A stretch of 64,000 nt of DNA from Lama guanicoe. Taxonomy: Eukaryota. The position numbers and the translations under genes were made by a program. Within the stretch, counting starts at the first letter, position 1, and each line of letters begins with the position of its first letter. The notes beneath the pieces were generated by a model. That model had not been told where the DNA came from and made no database searches. It saw only the letters and a program-made list of their open reading frames with translations. This document shows, one piece after another, positions 1 through 12,119 of this stretch. The stretch lies in the NCBI GenBank assembly GCA_013239625.1, contig MU053559.1, positions 620,001 to 684,000 on the forward strand, written 5' to 3'.

Positions 1-386
1 CTAAGCCCCACCCCTCATTCTCCTGGACACCTAACCACGGAAGCCAGCCCCATGACCCCTAGACCCCCTGCTCCTCAGCCCCCAGGTCCCCAGCTCCCAC
101 TGCCTCAGATCTCAGACTTTACTCCCACATGGCCTCAGTCCATCTTCTGCCCCCAAAACCCCTGCTACCCATATCCCCTCTCTGACCTTCTCCTTGGCCG
201 TAGATTCCACCTCCGAGCCCAACCCTAACTGCTTAACCCGCACCTCCACCTCCCAGCAATCAGACCCAAGTACCCTAAGCCCCAGCTCCCCAGCTCCCCA
301 GCTCCCAGACCCTCTGACCCACAATTCACCCTTGGCCTGGCCTCCTGGACCCACAACCCATTCTTTCCTGTTCCCCTCCCCACCAG

Positions 387-479
387 GCATCCGAGCCTAT
401 GAACAGCTGGGCCAGAGGGCGCTGGGACCTGCGGGGAAGGTAGTGGTGGCCGCAGTCATCTGCCTGCACAATGTTGGGG
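387..479 (+). CDS. SLC38A5: SLC38A5 internal coding exon (GIRAYEQLGQRALGPAGKVVVAAVICLHNVG); the 5' part of the gene lies outside the window
   Basis: Flanked by ccaccag and gtgagg; translation matches recalled SNAT5; phase fits the next exon. Confidence 0.95.
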
Positions 480-605
480 GTGAGGACTCTATGAGATGGG
501 GGTCAGCTTGGGGAAAGAGGGTGGGGTGAGGTGGGCCTCCCCAGGCGGGGATGGGAGGGAGATGAGGGGAACCCTTCTGCTTACACCTGCCCCCACCTGC
601 ACCAG

Positions 606-684
606 CCATGTCCAGTTACCTGTTCATCATCAAATCCGAACTCCCCCTGGTTATCGGCACTTTCCTGGACATGGACCCTGAGGG
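606..684 (+). CDS. SLC38A5: SLC38A5 exon (AMSSYLFIIKSELPLVIGTFLDMDPEG)
   Basis: accag / gtgagt boundaries; SNAT5 peptide; 79 nt, phase consistent. Confidence 0.95.
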
Positions 685-2399
685 GTGAGTGTGCAACACC
701 CCTTGGCTCTGGCCCACAGACCCCTGATTCTGCCTGTGAGGTCCAGCTGCTACCTTCAACTCTCCCAGGTCTTCTATCTGGAGACCTGTTGGGCAGGCCA
801 GTTTGGTCAGACTGTGGTTCCTGTTTATTGTGATGCCAGCAGGATGTGTGACTGTTGCTTTGACTGTAGGAGTCCAGTCCACATGTTGCTTTTTGTGACT
901 GTTCTGGCTGATTCCATCTGGGGGGCCGATTCCATGTGTCCCAGTGTCCTCTGATTTTGACCAGGGGGCTGTGCATAATCCAGGAGACCTAAACACTGGG
1001 GTTTGCTTCTGTGGCTGTTGTACTGGTAGATTCTCTGGGCCTCTGTATGACAGCTGACTACAGCTGTGTCCTGTATAGTGTGATTCCAACCATGTGTGTT
1101 TGACATTTGCTTACTCTGACTTTCTCTGTCCCGTGGATTTCTGTTTGATTCCGAGTCCATTAGGCCGGCTGCATCTGTCTAGCGAGAAGTGTTTGGTCAC
1201 TGACTCCAACAGTGTCTGTGCACGTGTGTGTGCAGTGTACCGTGGTGCCAGCTGTGTCTGTGATTCGTTCCAACTCTGTGTGCCTGTAGACTTGAACTCT
1301 GTGTTTAATTTGCTGACCATTGTTCTGGCAAATTCTTTCTGGCTGTTTGTGTGTGATCCTCCAACTGTGACTGTGTACGTCCTCTGTATTATGGTTCTAA
1401 CCATGTGCGTTTGACTGTTGTTTTGAGTTTGCATCCAGCTGGCTGTGTGTTTGATTCTGGATCCATCTGTTAGCTCAATCTGGTCAGTGGGTTGTACATG
1501 ATAGCTGATTCTGTGTATCCTGTTAGATTTTTGGTTTGAACCTGAAACCATCCAGGTAGCTGACAGTCTACATGACTAGGTGTGTCTGATTGTTATAGTT
1601 AGTTCCCACTGTGCTCTGTTGGTTTATGTCTGTGTAACTGTGGAGAAGGTAGAAAGAGAATATGTGGATGCTTGGAACATAGGAAGCACTCTTCACAATT
1701 TATTTATTTCTTTTGAATAAATAAGCAGTTATTTGGCCAATTCTGTCTCAACAGACTCTCCCGCCTGGGCACCTCCCCCCAATATCTGTCCAGATCCTGC
1801 TCTTTTCTATGAGCTAGGTTCCAAGAGTGTGGTCAGCTGGCTGATTCTGTCTCCATTTCCATCTTTGACTCTGGCCAAATCAGCCCAGCAACTTTCAAGG
1901 CATCAACAAACCTTGAGTTGTTCATACAACCACACGTGTGTGTTTCTGACTTTTTGTGCGACTCTGCATCGTTGCCTGCTGACCAGATCATCCGACTGCC
2001 ATTCCCTGTCAGACAAACCAGGGTCATGACTCACTCTGTCTGGCACCTTGTGTTGGACTATGTGAGTCTGGCTGATTTGGGGTTTTGTTTACTCATCTGG
2101 CTGTATGTCTTCTTGAGAGACTGACTGATGGCACGGTTTTGTCCAGCTGTGCATGCATCCTCGGCTCTATCCCTCTGACAGTGTGTGACTGGCAGTCTGA
2201 TAATTTGTCTGGCTGTTTCTGTCAGTCCTTTTGTGCTGTTTGTCACTGTAACCCCCTGGATAACCCCTCACAGCTGAGGTGTCAGCTCATCTCTCCTGAC
2301 TGCGTGCAGAGAAATCTCTCTGTCCGGCTGTCTTCTCTGCATGCCTGCCTGAGTTCTTTTTGGTAAGCAGCTAGTCACTATGTCTGCCTGTCTCCTTAG

Positions 2400-2482
2400 G
2401 GACTGGTACTTGAAGGGAAACCTCCTCATCATCATTGTCAGTGTGCTCATCATCCTGCCACTGGCCCTCATGAGACACTTGG
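2400..2482 (+). CDS. SLC38A5: SLC38A5 exon (DWYLKGNLLIIIVSVLIILPLALMRHLG)
   Basis: ccttag / gtaaga boundaries; transmembrane segment typical of SLC38. Confidence 0.95.
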
Positions 2483-2782
2483 GTAAGAGGCTTCCTGTGT
2501 TGATCATTAGATGGTAGAATCAGGGAAGGGGAGCAAGATCCAAAGAACAGGAGCCATTTTTCAAGGATAGTGGAATACCAGGGGAGAGATTGTTTGATGT
2601 GGATTTTAACTGATGGATAGGAGTTTGCTATAGAGGGGGTGGGCTGGTCCAGGCAGAAGTTAAGTTTGTGCAAAGTGTGGCAAAATTAGGGAGAAGGGGC
2701 TTTGAAGGCCAGACTTGGGGGTTGATATTTGCTGTAGGAGGAGTCCCTTGATTTCTGAGGCTCCATATATTACCCCTTGTAG

Positions 2783-2841
2783 GCTACCTGGGGTATACCA
2801 GCGGTCTCTCTCTGACTTGTATGCTGTTTTTCCTCATTTCG
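2783..2841 (+). CDS. SLC38A5: SLC38A5 exon (YLGYTSGLSLTCMLFFLIS)
   Basis: ttgtag / gtgagt boundaries; conserved GYLGYTSG motif. Confidence 0.95.
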
Positions 2842-2947
2842 GTGAGTCTGAGGGAGAAAGACATGAAAAAGTGGGGAGAGAGTTTGGGACACTGGGACAT
2901 ACACAGCATTCCTCGTGACCTCACTTCCCCACCCTCCCTTCCCCAAG

Positions 2948-3085
2948 GTCATCTATAAGAAGTTCCAGCTTGGCTGTGCTATGGGCCGCAATGAGACAGC
3001 AGCGGAGAACAAGAGTGCCCCAAGTCTTCTCACCCAGGGGCTCAACACAAGCTGCGAGGCCCAGATGTTCACAGCTGACTCACAG
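2948..3085 (+). CDS. SLC38A5: SLC38A5 exon (VIYKKFQLGCAMGRNET...NTSCEAQMFTADSQ)
   Basis: ccaag / gtgggt boundaries; extracellular loop with N-glycosylation sequons. Confidence 0.95.
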
Positions 3086-3296
3086 GTGGGTGTGCAGGCA
3101 GATGTCGATGCCTTGTGCTGCACTCTGGTCCTCTGGTTCTGTCACACGCTGCAGTCTGCTCAGAGTGGAGCCAGGGATTGGATGTCAGGGGCTTCCAGGT
3201 GTCTGATAGGGAGGGCAATGATGGGGCCAGGGGAATGAGGAGGAGAGGATGAAACCCTGTAGGCTCTGATCTCTTGTACTTGGGCCATTCCCCCAG

Positions 3297-3376
3297 ATGT
3301 TCTACACAGTGCCCATTATGGCTTTTGCCTTCGTCTGCCACCCAGAGGTGCTGCCCATCTACACAGAACTCTACCG
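3297..3376 (+). CDS. SLC38A5: SLC38A5 exon (MFYTVPIMAFAFVCHPEVLPIYTELYR)
   Basis: ccccag / gtgagt boundaries; AFAFVCHP SLC38 signature. Confidence 0.96.
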
Positions 3377-3459
3377 GTGAGTGGGAGTGCATGACAGGGC
3401 AGCAGGTGGGGTGATAGTCATAATGTCTGAGAATCCTTACAGCAGTCCTGGTACTGCAG

Positions 3460-3655
3460 CTTTTTTTTTTTTAATTGAAGTACAATCAGTTACAATGTGT
3501 CAATTTCTGGTGTGCAGCAACAATGTCCCAGTCATGCATATTCATACTTATATTCGTTTTCACATTCTTTTTCATTAAAGGTTACTACAAGATATTGCAT
3601 ATAGCTCCTTGTGCTATACAGAAGAAATTTGTTCCTTATCTATTTTTATATATGC
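3460..3655 (-). mobile_element. Short L1 3'-end insertion in an SLC38A5 intron
   Basis: poly-T, then ttgaagtacaatcagttacaatgtgtcaatttctggtg; flanked by near-identical ctggtactg(c/t)agct target-site duplication. Confidence 0.8.
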
Positions 3656-4244
3656 TGGTACTGTAGCTTGATTGTGTCTAGATTGTGCCAAGGGAAGGGC
3701 TTAAGGTGGCCAGGAAACCTTGAGGGATGTAGGGCAGTGACTGTTTACTACTTGGGGCTTGAGTATTCTACTCTTTTATCATCCAGTACAAGTGCGAATG
3801 GGCAGAGTAGGGAGGCAGAGATGATCAAGTGGAGGGGTGGTATGCGTGGATGGGGATGGGGAGATGGGGCTGGTCAGATGGAGTAAGGTATGGATGGACA
3901 AAGAGGGGGCTGGGATGATATGATAGAGGGATGTGTAGATGATCAGTCAAGGGGATGGTGTGGATGATCAGATGGAAGGGAGAGGCAGTGGCAATCAAAT
4001 GGAAGGGAGAGGAAGAGATGGTCAAACAGAGAGGCAAAGATGGTGATATGGGATGAAATATGGATGGACAGAGAGGGGAGGCTTGGCTAGTCACACAGGG
4101 GAGGCAGAGATGGGTCTCTCAGTGTGTACTAGCTGAGCGTCAGCTCTGGGAGGAGGGGATTCTAGATGGTGGGGGCTAGTTTTGAGGGGCCTGGACCAAG
4201 TCCAAGGGTCTGGGCATGACAGATCCATGACCTCTATACCTCAG

Positions 4245-4345
4245 GCCCTCCAAGCGCAGAATGCAGGCAGTGGCCAATGTGTCCATTGGGGCCATGTTCT
4301 GCATGTATGGGCTGACAGCGACCTTTGGATACCTCACCTTCTACA
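4245..4345 (+). CDS. SLC38A5: SLC38A5 exon (PSKRRMQAVANVSIGAMFCMYGLTATFGYLTFY)
   Basis: cctcag / gtgagt boundaries; matches SNAT5. Confidence 0.96.
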
Positions 4346-4580
4346 GTGAGTGGGGCGGGGGCCAGGGTTGGGTGGCAGCTGGGGTGGGGACTGGGCAGGA
4401 GCCTGAGAACTTTCCTGCCATGCCCTCAGACCCATCAGTTTCCAAAGGGAGGGTACACATCACACATGTAGATTTTGTCACCATTTGTGTTATGTGCATG
4501 TGCACATGTGTGTTTCTGGGACACTGGTCCTGGTGCTCCAACCACATCCTGTATCCCATGTCCCATGTCTTGTGGCCCAG

Positions 4581-4696
4581 GCAGCGTGGAGGCGGAGATG
4601 CTGCACATGTACAGCCAGCAGGACCTGCTCATCCTCTGTGTGCGCCTAGCCGTGCTGCTCGCGGTGACTCTCACTGTGCCAGTTGTGCTGTTCCCT
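4581..4696 (+). CDS. SLC38A5: SLC38A5 exon (SVEAEMLHMYSQQDLLILCVRLAVLLAVTLTVPVVLFP)
   Basis: gcccag / gtgcgt boundaries; matches SNAT5. Confidence 0.95.
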
Positions 4697-4893
4697 GTGC
4701 GTTGGTGGCGAGGGTGGGCCCATGGAAAGGAGGGACATGGATGGACGGGTAGAAGGCATAGGCATGGATGTTTGGATGGAGGGTGGAGATGGGAATGGAT
4801 GGATGGATGAATGAATTGAGGAGGCTGGGATGCACAGACAGGGAAGGCAGAGTTTTCAGATGGACAGAGAAGGCAAAAATAGATAGTCAAAAT

Positions 4894-5020
4894 GGGGAGG
4901 TTATAGTTCAGTGGTAGAGTGCATGCCTAGCATGCACAAGGTCCTGGGTTCAATCCCTAGTACTTGCATTAAAAAAAACAAGTAAATAAACCTAATTACC
5001 TCCCTCCACACACAAAAAAA
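4894..5020 (+). mobile_element. tRNA-derived camelid SINE (vic-1-like)
   Basis: ggggagg..tagttcagtggtagagtgcatgcctagcatgcacaaggtcctgggttcaatccc with Pol III A/B boxes, AT-rich spacer and A tail. Confidence 0.85.
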
Positions 5021-5611
5021 GGTCAGACAGAAGGGGGATATAGATGGCAGAACAGTCAAGGGGAGAGGGCAGTTGGAGAGAAGAGGCCCAGATGTCTGGC
5101 TAGACAGAAGAGGGAGGGAGGGATGGTCAGGCAGATAGTAGAGGCATAGATAGATGGAGATAGAGGATGAAGAAACAGGGATGGACAGAAAAAGGGTGAG
5201 GTGTAGGAGGGACATGGCTCTCAGGTGGAGAGGTGAGATGACAAGACAGAGGAAGGAGATGGAGGTAGTCAGATGGAAAGAGAGGCAGCGATCTCAGGGT
5301 GGAAGGACAAGTGGGTGGTCAGATGGAAGAGGCAGAGATAGTTGGATGGAGGAGGAGGAAAAGATTTCAGACAGTGGGTGGAGGCATAGATGGATGATCA
5401 GACAGAAGGAAGAGTCATGGATTGTCAAAAGGGAGGCAGGACGCTCAATCAGAAGGTGGAGGCATAGATGGGTCGTCAGACAGCGTGGAGGTATAGTCAG
5501 CTGGAGGGGAAATCAGGGATCTCAGACAGAGGGTGGAGTCAGACAGATGACTACATGGAAGGGGAGGCAGCCCTTGAGCCCTGACCGTGTCCTACCCTAC
5601 CCTGGTGACAG

Positions 5612-5756
5612 ATCCGCCGGGCCCTGCAGCAGCTGCTCTTCCCAAGCAAGGCTTTCAGCTGGCCACGCCACGTGGCCATAGCCCTGATCCTGCTTGTCTT
5701 GGTCAATGTCCTTGTCATCTGCGTGCCGACCATCCGGGATATCTTTGGGGTTATCG
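5612..5756 (+). CDS. SLC38A5: SLC38A5 exon (IRRALQQLLFPSKAFSWPRHVAIALILLVLVNVLVICVPTIRDIFGVIG)
   Basis: tgacag / gtcagt boundaries; matches SNAT5. Confidence 0.95.
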
Positions 5757-5849
5757 GTCAGTACCCCCAGCTCCAGTCCTGGACCCCACCTAATATGGAC
5801 CTGGTACCCCAGACTTACATAGACTCTGTCCCTCCTGCTTGTCCTCCAG

Positions 5850-5953
5850 GCTCCACCTCAGCCCCCAGCCTCATTTTCATCCTTCCCAGCATCTTCTACC
5901 TCCGCATCATACCCTCTGATGTGGAGCCTCTCTACTCCTGGCCCAAGATCCAG
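5850..5953 (+). CDS. SLC38A5: SLC38A5 exon (STSAPSLIFILPSIFYLRIIPSDVEPLYSWPKIQ)
   Basis: ctccag / gtgagc boundaries; matches SNAT5. Confidence 0.95.
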
Positions 5954-6459
5954 GTGAGCATTCTAGGGGAAGACTGAGCCTCCTGAGGAGGGGACACTCC
6001 AGGATGGCTAGGGATTGAAGGAACATTGTCAAGAGAGGGCTGGGGGAAGAGGGAGCATCTATCCAGGGAGGGGGCAGATGGTGTGAAAGAATGAAGGTGA
6101 CTGTCTTAGCAAGGGGCTGAGCAGACAGAGCACCAGGAGGGTCTGAGGAGGCAGAACTATTCAAAAAGGGGCTGGCTTCGAGGAAGCCTTCAATAGACGG
6201 ACAGAAGGAGCACTGTTAGAAGAGTGTTGGAACGTTTTCAAGGAGGATGGAGGAGAGTACTCCCTGAAGGCTTCTAGGAAGATGGAGGGAGGATTCACAG
6301 GAAGGGGCTGGTTTTAAGGAAGGAGAGGGAACAGAAAAGGAGGGTCGGGGTTGAATGGGGCACTCTCTGGAGGAGGTGGAGGGCTTGAGGAATATTTCTC
6401 TGGAGGAGCTCGGGTGTAGAGACCCAGTCAGCCCCATCTTTTCTCTCTCTCATCCACAG

Positions 6460-6561
6460 GCTCTGTGTTTTGGTGTCCTGGGTGTCCTCTTCATGGCGAT
6501 CAGTCTAGGTTTCATGTTTGCCAACTGGGCCACGGGCCAGAGCCATGTATCTGGACATTGA
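6460..6561 (+). CDS. SLC38A5: SLC38A5 last coding exon (ALCFGVLGVLFMAISLGFMFANWATGQSHVSGH*)
   Basis: ccacag acceptor; TGA at 6559-6561; C-terminus like human ...WATGQSRMSGH. Confidence 0.96.
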   Translation, partial: ALCFGVLGVLFMAISLGFMFANWATGQSHVSGH

Positions 6562-6888
6562 CCAAGCCCTGCTCCACCTGGGCCCCCATGCGCATGCACC
6601 TTTGCATGTGGAGGAAGATGGGGCCGCTCTCCTGGGTCCCTCCTGCCTGAGGTGTGGAGGTGGCTGGTTCCCATCAACATGGCTGTCGGAGGTAGGGGGC
6701 TGCAGAGGCTGCAGAGTGGTCCGCTTCCCTCCTCCCCAGGGATGCCGAGCTTGGATCATGGCCCAAACCCCAACCCCAACCCCATGGGAGGAGGGGGAGT
6801 CCAGGTCCTCGGGGAGCCCCTGCCCAGACCAGTCTCTTCTGCCTCTATTGGGCAGAAGCTGTTTGTCAGGATCACCCTAAAGGGGGAG

Positions 6889-6894
6889 AATAAA
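6889..6894 (+). terminator. SLC38A5: SLC38A5 polyadenylation signal AATAAA
   Basis: First AATAAA about 330 nt after the stop codon. Confidence 0.75.
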
Positions 6895-7189
6895 GATGCT
6901 GAATTGCAACTTTGGCCTCAGCCTTCTGATCTCTTTCTAGGACTTCTTAGGGGAGCCTGCCTACCTTCAGACAGGGGTAAACTGAAGCCCTAAGAGTAGG
7001 ACTGTGCTGAACTCATCTGTTCACTCATTTCTCCACACTTCACTAACTTGCTACCCAATTCAGATCGGTTCACTTGCTCACTCAGGAAACATCTATTGAG
7101 AGCCCACTGGCTGCCGGGCACTGTTCTACATGCTAGAGATACAGTAGTGGATCAAGCAGACAACAGTCCCTGGAATTGGTAATGTTCTA

Positions 7190-7685
7190 GCACAAGAAAG
7201 GGCAAACTGGCCTTCAGACTGTATTTAGCCCCACTGCCTATTTTTGTAGATCCACCGAGCTAAGAATGGCTTGCACATTTCTCAATAACTGGAAAAAAAA
7301 TCAAAAGAAGAATCATTTGTAGGGGAGGGTGTGGCTCAGTGGTAGAGCACGTGCTTAGCCTGCATGAGGTCCTGGGTTCAATCCAGTACCTCCATTTAAA
7401 AGAAATTAAAATAAACAAACAAATAAATAGACCCAATTACCTCCCCCCAAAATTAAAAAAAGAATCATTTGTGACACTCGAACAATCATATGAAATTCCA
7501 ATTTCAGTGTCTGCCAATAACATTTTATTAAAACACAGTCACACTCGTTCACTGACACCTTGTTGATGGTTCCTTAGTGCTACAACCGCAGAGCTGAGGA
7601 GTTGCGACACAGACCATCTGGCTCCCAAAGCCTAAGCTATTTATTATCTGGCCCTTTTCAGGAAAAAAAAATCGCTGATCCCTGA
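7190..7685. mobile_element. MER58-like hAT DNA-transposon remnant interrupted by a SINE
   Basis: ggcaaact...gagctaagaatgg...gaccatctggctcccaaagcctaagctatttattatctggccc; similar copies near 47440-47670 and 50027-50460. Confidence 0.6.
7322..7460 (+). mobile_element. vic-1-like SINE with TSD aagaatcatttgt
   Basis: tRNA-like head; identical 13-bp repeat on both sides. Confidence 0.88.
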
Positions 7686-8282
7686 TCTAGCAGAAGAGAG
7701 AAAAAGAGATAATCATTTCTGATAAAGATGAGCACTAGGAGGAAAATGAGTGATGTGAGTGTGACGCCGGAGGCAGTAAGGGGCCATTCAGGGAGACCTT
7801 ACCAGGAGCTGGGTCCTTGATTGGCTGGAAAGAGCAAGTCTCATGGTTATTTAGGCACAGTTCCAGGCAGAGGCGGCAGCAGCAGCAAGTGCAGAGGCCT
7901 GAGGTAGGAAAAAGCACGGCAGGTCCAAAGGAAGAGCAAGGAGGAGCCAGGGTGGCCATTTTGCTCTCCCACCAGCCAATTGCACCACAGCCTTGCCAAC
8001 AGCCTAAGTTATGAAACATGGACTTTTGCCTTCCTAATAAAATAAAATAATAAAAATGGTATTGCAAAGTTTTCGGATGTTTCAGACACATTCATTGGTC
8101 TTTTTGGATCATTTTTATGCCTAGACAAGCCACTAGAGTTATATAACCTTTTTTCCTCTGCTCCATATTTAGAAATGGGGGCAGTTGACTAAAGTCGATC
8201 TGTTCTGTATGCTCCTTATTTCACTGTTGCTCCCTTAACTCATTCCTTACTGCCACCAAATTTAAACTCAACAGGCTTGTTT

Positions 8283-8430
8283 TTTATTTTTTTTATTTTT
8301 TTGTGGGGGAAGGTAATTAGGTTTATTTATTTACTTATGTATTTATTTATTTAATGGAGGTACTGGGGATTGAACCCAGAACCCCGTGCATGCTAGGCAT
8401 GCACGCTACCACTGAGCTATACCCTCCCAC
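8283..8430 (-). mobile_element. vic-1-like SINE
   Basis: ggaggtactggggattgaaccc...accactgagctataccctccc. Confidence 0.85.
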
Positions 8431-8539
8431 TACGTTTGCTTTTTGATAATAATGCTAACTTGAAATTCCAGAACCTGACCTTAAAAATGCAAATCTTCAT
8501 CTTGAACACCACCCAAAGATATCATTCCCTCAATAGGGT

Positions 8540-10420
8540 CTCCTGCAGAGCAAAACTTAAATTTTCATGAAGTCTAATTTATCTTTTTTTTTTTAATGGG
8601 TTGTGCTTTTGGGATCCTGTTTAAGAACTCTTCACAGTACCCAAGTTTTAAATGTTTGTTTTCCATTTAAAATCTATGACACATTTGAATTAAATTTTGC
8701 ATTAGGTATGAGGTTTAGGTCAATGTTCTTTTGGGGGAGCCTATGGATAGGCAATTGCTCCAGCAGCATTTCTTAAGAAGACAATCCTTCTTCCATTAAA
8801 TTACTTTTGTAATTTTGGGAAAAAAATAATCAATTTGGGACTCTTTTGGAGTTTTCTATTTTGTTCCATTGATCTATGTGTTTATTTTCTCCCCAATATC
8901 ACAGTTGTTTTTTGATTGAAGTATAATCAGTTTCCAATGTTGTGTCACTTTCTGGTGTCCAGCATAATGTTTCTGTCATACATATACATACAAGTATTCC
9001 TTTTCATATTCTTTTTCATTATGGGTTACTACAAGATACTGAATATAGTTCCCTGTGCTATACAGAAGAAACTTGTTTATCTGCTTTTTATATAGTGCCT
9101 GCAAATCTCAAACTCCCAATTTGTCCCTTCCCACCCTCTTTACACCCTGGTAATCATAAGTTTGTTTGTTGTCTGTGAGTCTGGTTCTGTTTTGTAAATA
9201 AGTTCATTTTGTCATTTTCTTTAGATTCCACATATGAGTGATATCATATGGCATTTTTCTTTCTCTTTCTGGCTTACTTCACTTAGAATGATGATCTCCA
9301 GGTCCATCCATGTTGCTGCAAATGGCATTATTTTATTTTTTATGGCTGAGTAGTATTCCATTGTGTACACATACCACAACTTCTTTATCCAGTCATCTGT
9401 CGATGGACATTTACAGTTTTGATTCCTATTGCTATATAATAATTATTAAAATTTGACAGAGTCAGTCCTCTCACTTGCTTCTTCTTTTTCAAAATTGTTT
9501 CAGGTATTCTAGTTCCTTTGATTTTCCATATAAATTTTAGAATAATTTTATCTGTACAATATTGCTGGGATTTTGATAAGAATTGCATTAAATCTGTATA
9601 TCAAAGTGTGGAAAACTGACACCTTTACTATGTTGAGTCTTCTCTGTTTCTTTTCCTCAGTGTTTTGAAGTTTTCAGCATATAAGTTCTATACATGTTTT
9701 ACTAGATTTATACCTAGGTATTTCATTTTCTTTGCAGCAAGTATAAATAGCATTGTTTTTCTAACCTCAGTTCCCATGTTTTCATTGCCCACTATTCCCA
9801 CTATTAATCAGTATTGATATCAACATGATGCCCAATGCAATAGAAGAGATAAGTATTTTTAAATGATGGTAAACATTACATTTTTTCAGACTATGGGATT
9901 ATCTACTTAGGAGGTTCAAGAAAATCAACAAAAAGTATCAGAATTAGAAAGAGAATTCAGTAGTTGGCATGGACACAAAATAAATATCCAAAAAGCAATT
10001 TTAATTGCTACATCTTGGCAATAATTAGATAGAAATTATAATGAGGGAAAATATCCCATTTATGACAACAATAAAATTGTAAAAAAAACACACACTAAAA
10101 ATAAACTGAACCAGAAATATGCATGACTACAGTATCAACACTTATAAAACTGAACTCTAGAAAGAAAAATGGGAGTAAATTTGCAGAAGCATTTTATTCC
10201 TAGATGAGAAGACTTAATATTTCTACAGATGTCATTTCTGCAAATCTTTTTTATGCAATTTCTATGGACTGCAATTTCCTACTTAATGCAATTTCTAAAC
10301 AAAATCCAGGTGAGATTTTTCTTTGGGTTATGACACATTGATTCTAAAGTTTGCCAGTGGAAAACTAAGTGGCAGCAAAATAAATATATGAAAATAGCCA
10401 AATTATTTTTAGTTTCATGC
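8540..10420. mobile_element. Nested L1 fragments: old L1 plus a younger L1 3' end at about 8905-9412 on -
   Basis: L1 3' UTR and ORF2-end motifs (ttagattccacatatgagtgatatcatatgg, catccatgttgctgcaaatggc; KFIWK-like ORF 9385-9588). Confidence 0.75.
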
Positions 10421-10719
10421 ATCATTTGAAGTTTAGACAATTATGAAACATTTTATTCTTTTGAGAGAATACTCAGATGTACAAGCCTGAATCCTTCTTT
10501 TTAAATTATAATTGACATAGAACATTAGTTTCAGGTGTACAACATAATGATTCAATGTATGTTTATATTGTGAGATGATCACTACAATTACCACACATAT
10601 TTACACATTTTTTTCTTATGATGAGAACTTTTAAGATCAATTCTCCTAACAACATTCAAATATGCAATACAGTATTGTTACCTAGAGTCACTATAGCATA
10701 CATTACATCACTGGGATAT

Positions 10720-10758
<39 letters not shown>

Positions 10759-10840
10759 TAATGGCGGTACTGGGGATTGAACCTAGGACCTTGTGCATGC
10801 TAAACACGTACTCTACCACTAAGCTATTCCCCACCCCAGA
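10720..10840 (-). mobile_element. vic-1-like SINE with (TTTA)n tail
   Basis: ggcggtactggggattgaacctaggacc...ctctaccactaagctat. Confidence 0.85.
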
Positions 10841-10929
10841 GGATTTATTAATTTTATAACTAAGATTGTTTTGAAAACTAAAGAATAGGGTGACTTTGCT
10901 CTAACAAATGCTGATATGTACTCAGTAAA

Positions 10930-11411
10930 GGGGCTGGAATAGTGTGTCCATATCCCTGTCCCCAGAACCTGTGACTATGTTGTTATATATGTTATAGGGG
11001 AATTAAAATTGCAAACGGCATTAAGGTTGCTAAGCTTTAGAATAGATTATTCTGGATTATCTGAGTGGGTCCAAAGTAATTACAAGGGCCTTTATAAGTA
11101 AAAGAAGGAAGCAGAAGGAGTCAAAGAGATGTGACAACAGAAGCAGGGTCAGAAAGATGTTGAGTGTTAGCTTTGAGGAGTGAGGAAAAGGGGCCATGAG
11201 CCCAGGAATGTGAGCACCTCTAGAAGCTGGAAAATGGTTTCTCCTCTGGAGACTCCAAGAAGGAAAACAGCCCTGGGAACATCTTGATTTTTAGTCTAGT
11301 GAAACTCGTTTTGGATTTCTGACCCACAGAGCTATAAGATAATAAATTTGTGTTGTTTTAAGCCACTAAGTATATGGTAATTTGTTATAACAGCAACAGA
11401 AAACTAATACA
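10930..11411 (+). mobile_element. MLT1-family (MaLR) solo LTR
   Basis: gattattctggattatctgagtgggtcc...ataaatttgtgttgttttaagccactaag...aaactaataca end. Confidence 0.8.
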
Positions 11412-11654
11412 TACATAAATAGTCAATTAGTGAAACAAAACAGAAAGATGAGAAACAAGCTGACTTATATACAAAACTTTAGCATCCATTTCCAAACAGT
11501 GGGCAAAAGATGGATTGTAGAGTAAATGATAGTTTGACAAGTGTCCATCCATTTGGAAAACATAAGGATTAAAATTCTTACCTTTACCACATAAAATAAT
11601 ACATTCAAGAAAAATGAGAGGTTGAAATGTGAGATTTGAAGTCATAAAGAACTA

Positions 11655-11935
11655 GAAGAGTAGAAAACAAACTGGTTACCAGGGAGGAAAGGAGGGGAGG
11701 GATAGTAGGAATTTGAGATGAATAAATATACACTACTGTATATAAAATAGATAAACAGCAATGACCTACTGTATAGCATGGAGAATTATATTCAATTTCT
11801 TGTAATAAGCTGTAATGGAAAAGAATCTGAAAAATATGTATATATATGTAGGTATATGTATAACTGATTCACTTTGCTGCACACATGAAACTAACATTGT
11901 AAATCGACTACACTTCAATACAAAATAAGAATAAA
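11655..11935 (+). mobile_element. L1 3' end
   Basis: gacctactgtatagcatggagaattatattcaat...gtaaatcgactacacttcaat. Confidence 0.75.
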
Positions 11936-12119
11936 CAAAGGAACTAGAAGAAAATTTAGGAAAATATTAGATGGTGTGGCATTTCTTGGCATTACACCAA
12001 GGTTAAGAGCAATAAATCTGATCTATTTAAGACATAAAAATTAAAGTGTTATCCAAGTCAAAAGACATCACTGACAACCATTTGAAAGGGCAAATTTGAG
12101 GGAAAATGTTGAAATATGT

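Noticed and set aside
581..1551. Several 110-157 aa antisense ORFs in the SLC38A5 intron
   Set aside because: Compositional skew lowers stop frequency; no recognisable domain
5154..5681. 175-aa R/W/E/G-rich ORF
   Set aside because: By-product of a purine-rich SLC38A5 intron; overlaps a real exon out of frame
7322..7395. tRNA-Ala-like genes (SINE heads here and at about 13 other sites)
   Set aside because: Diverged stems, AT-rich tails and TSDs show they are SINEs, not tRNA genes
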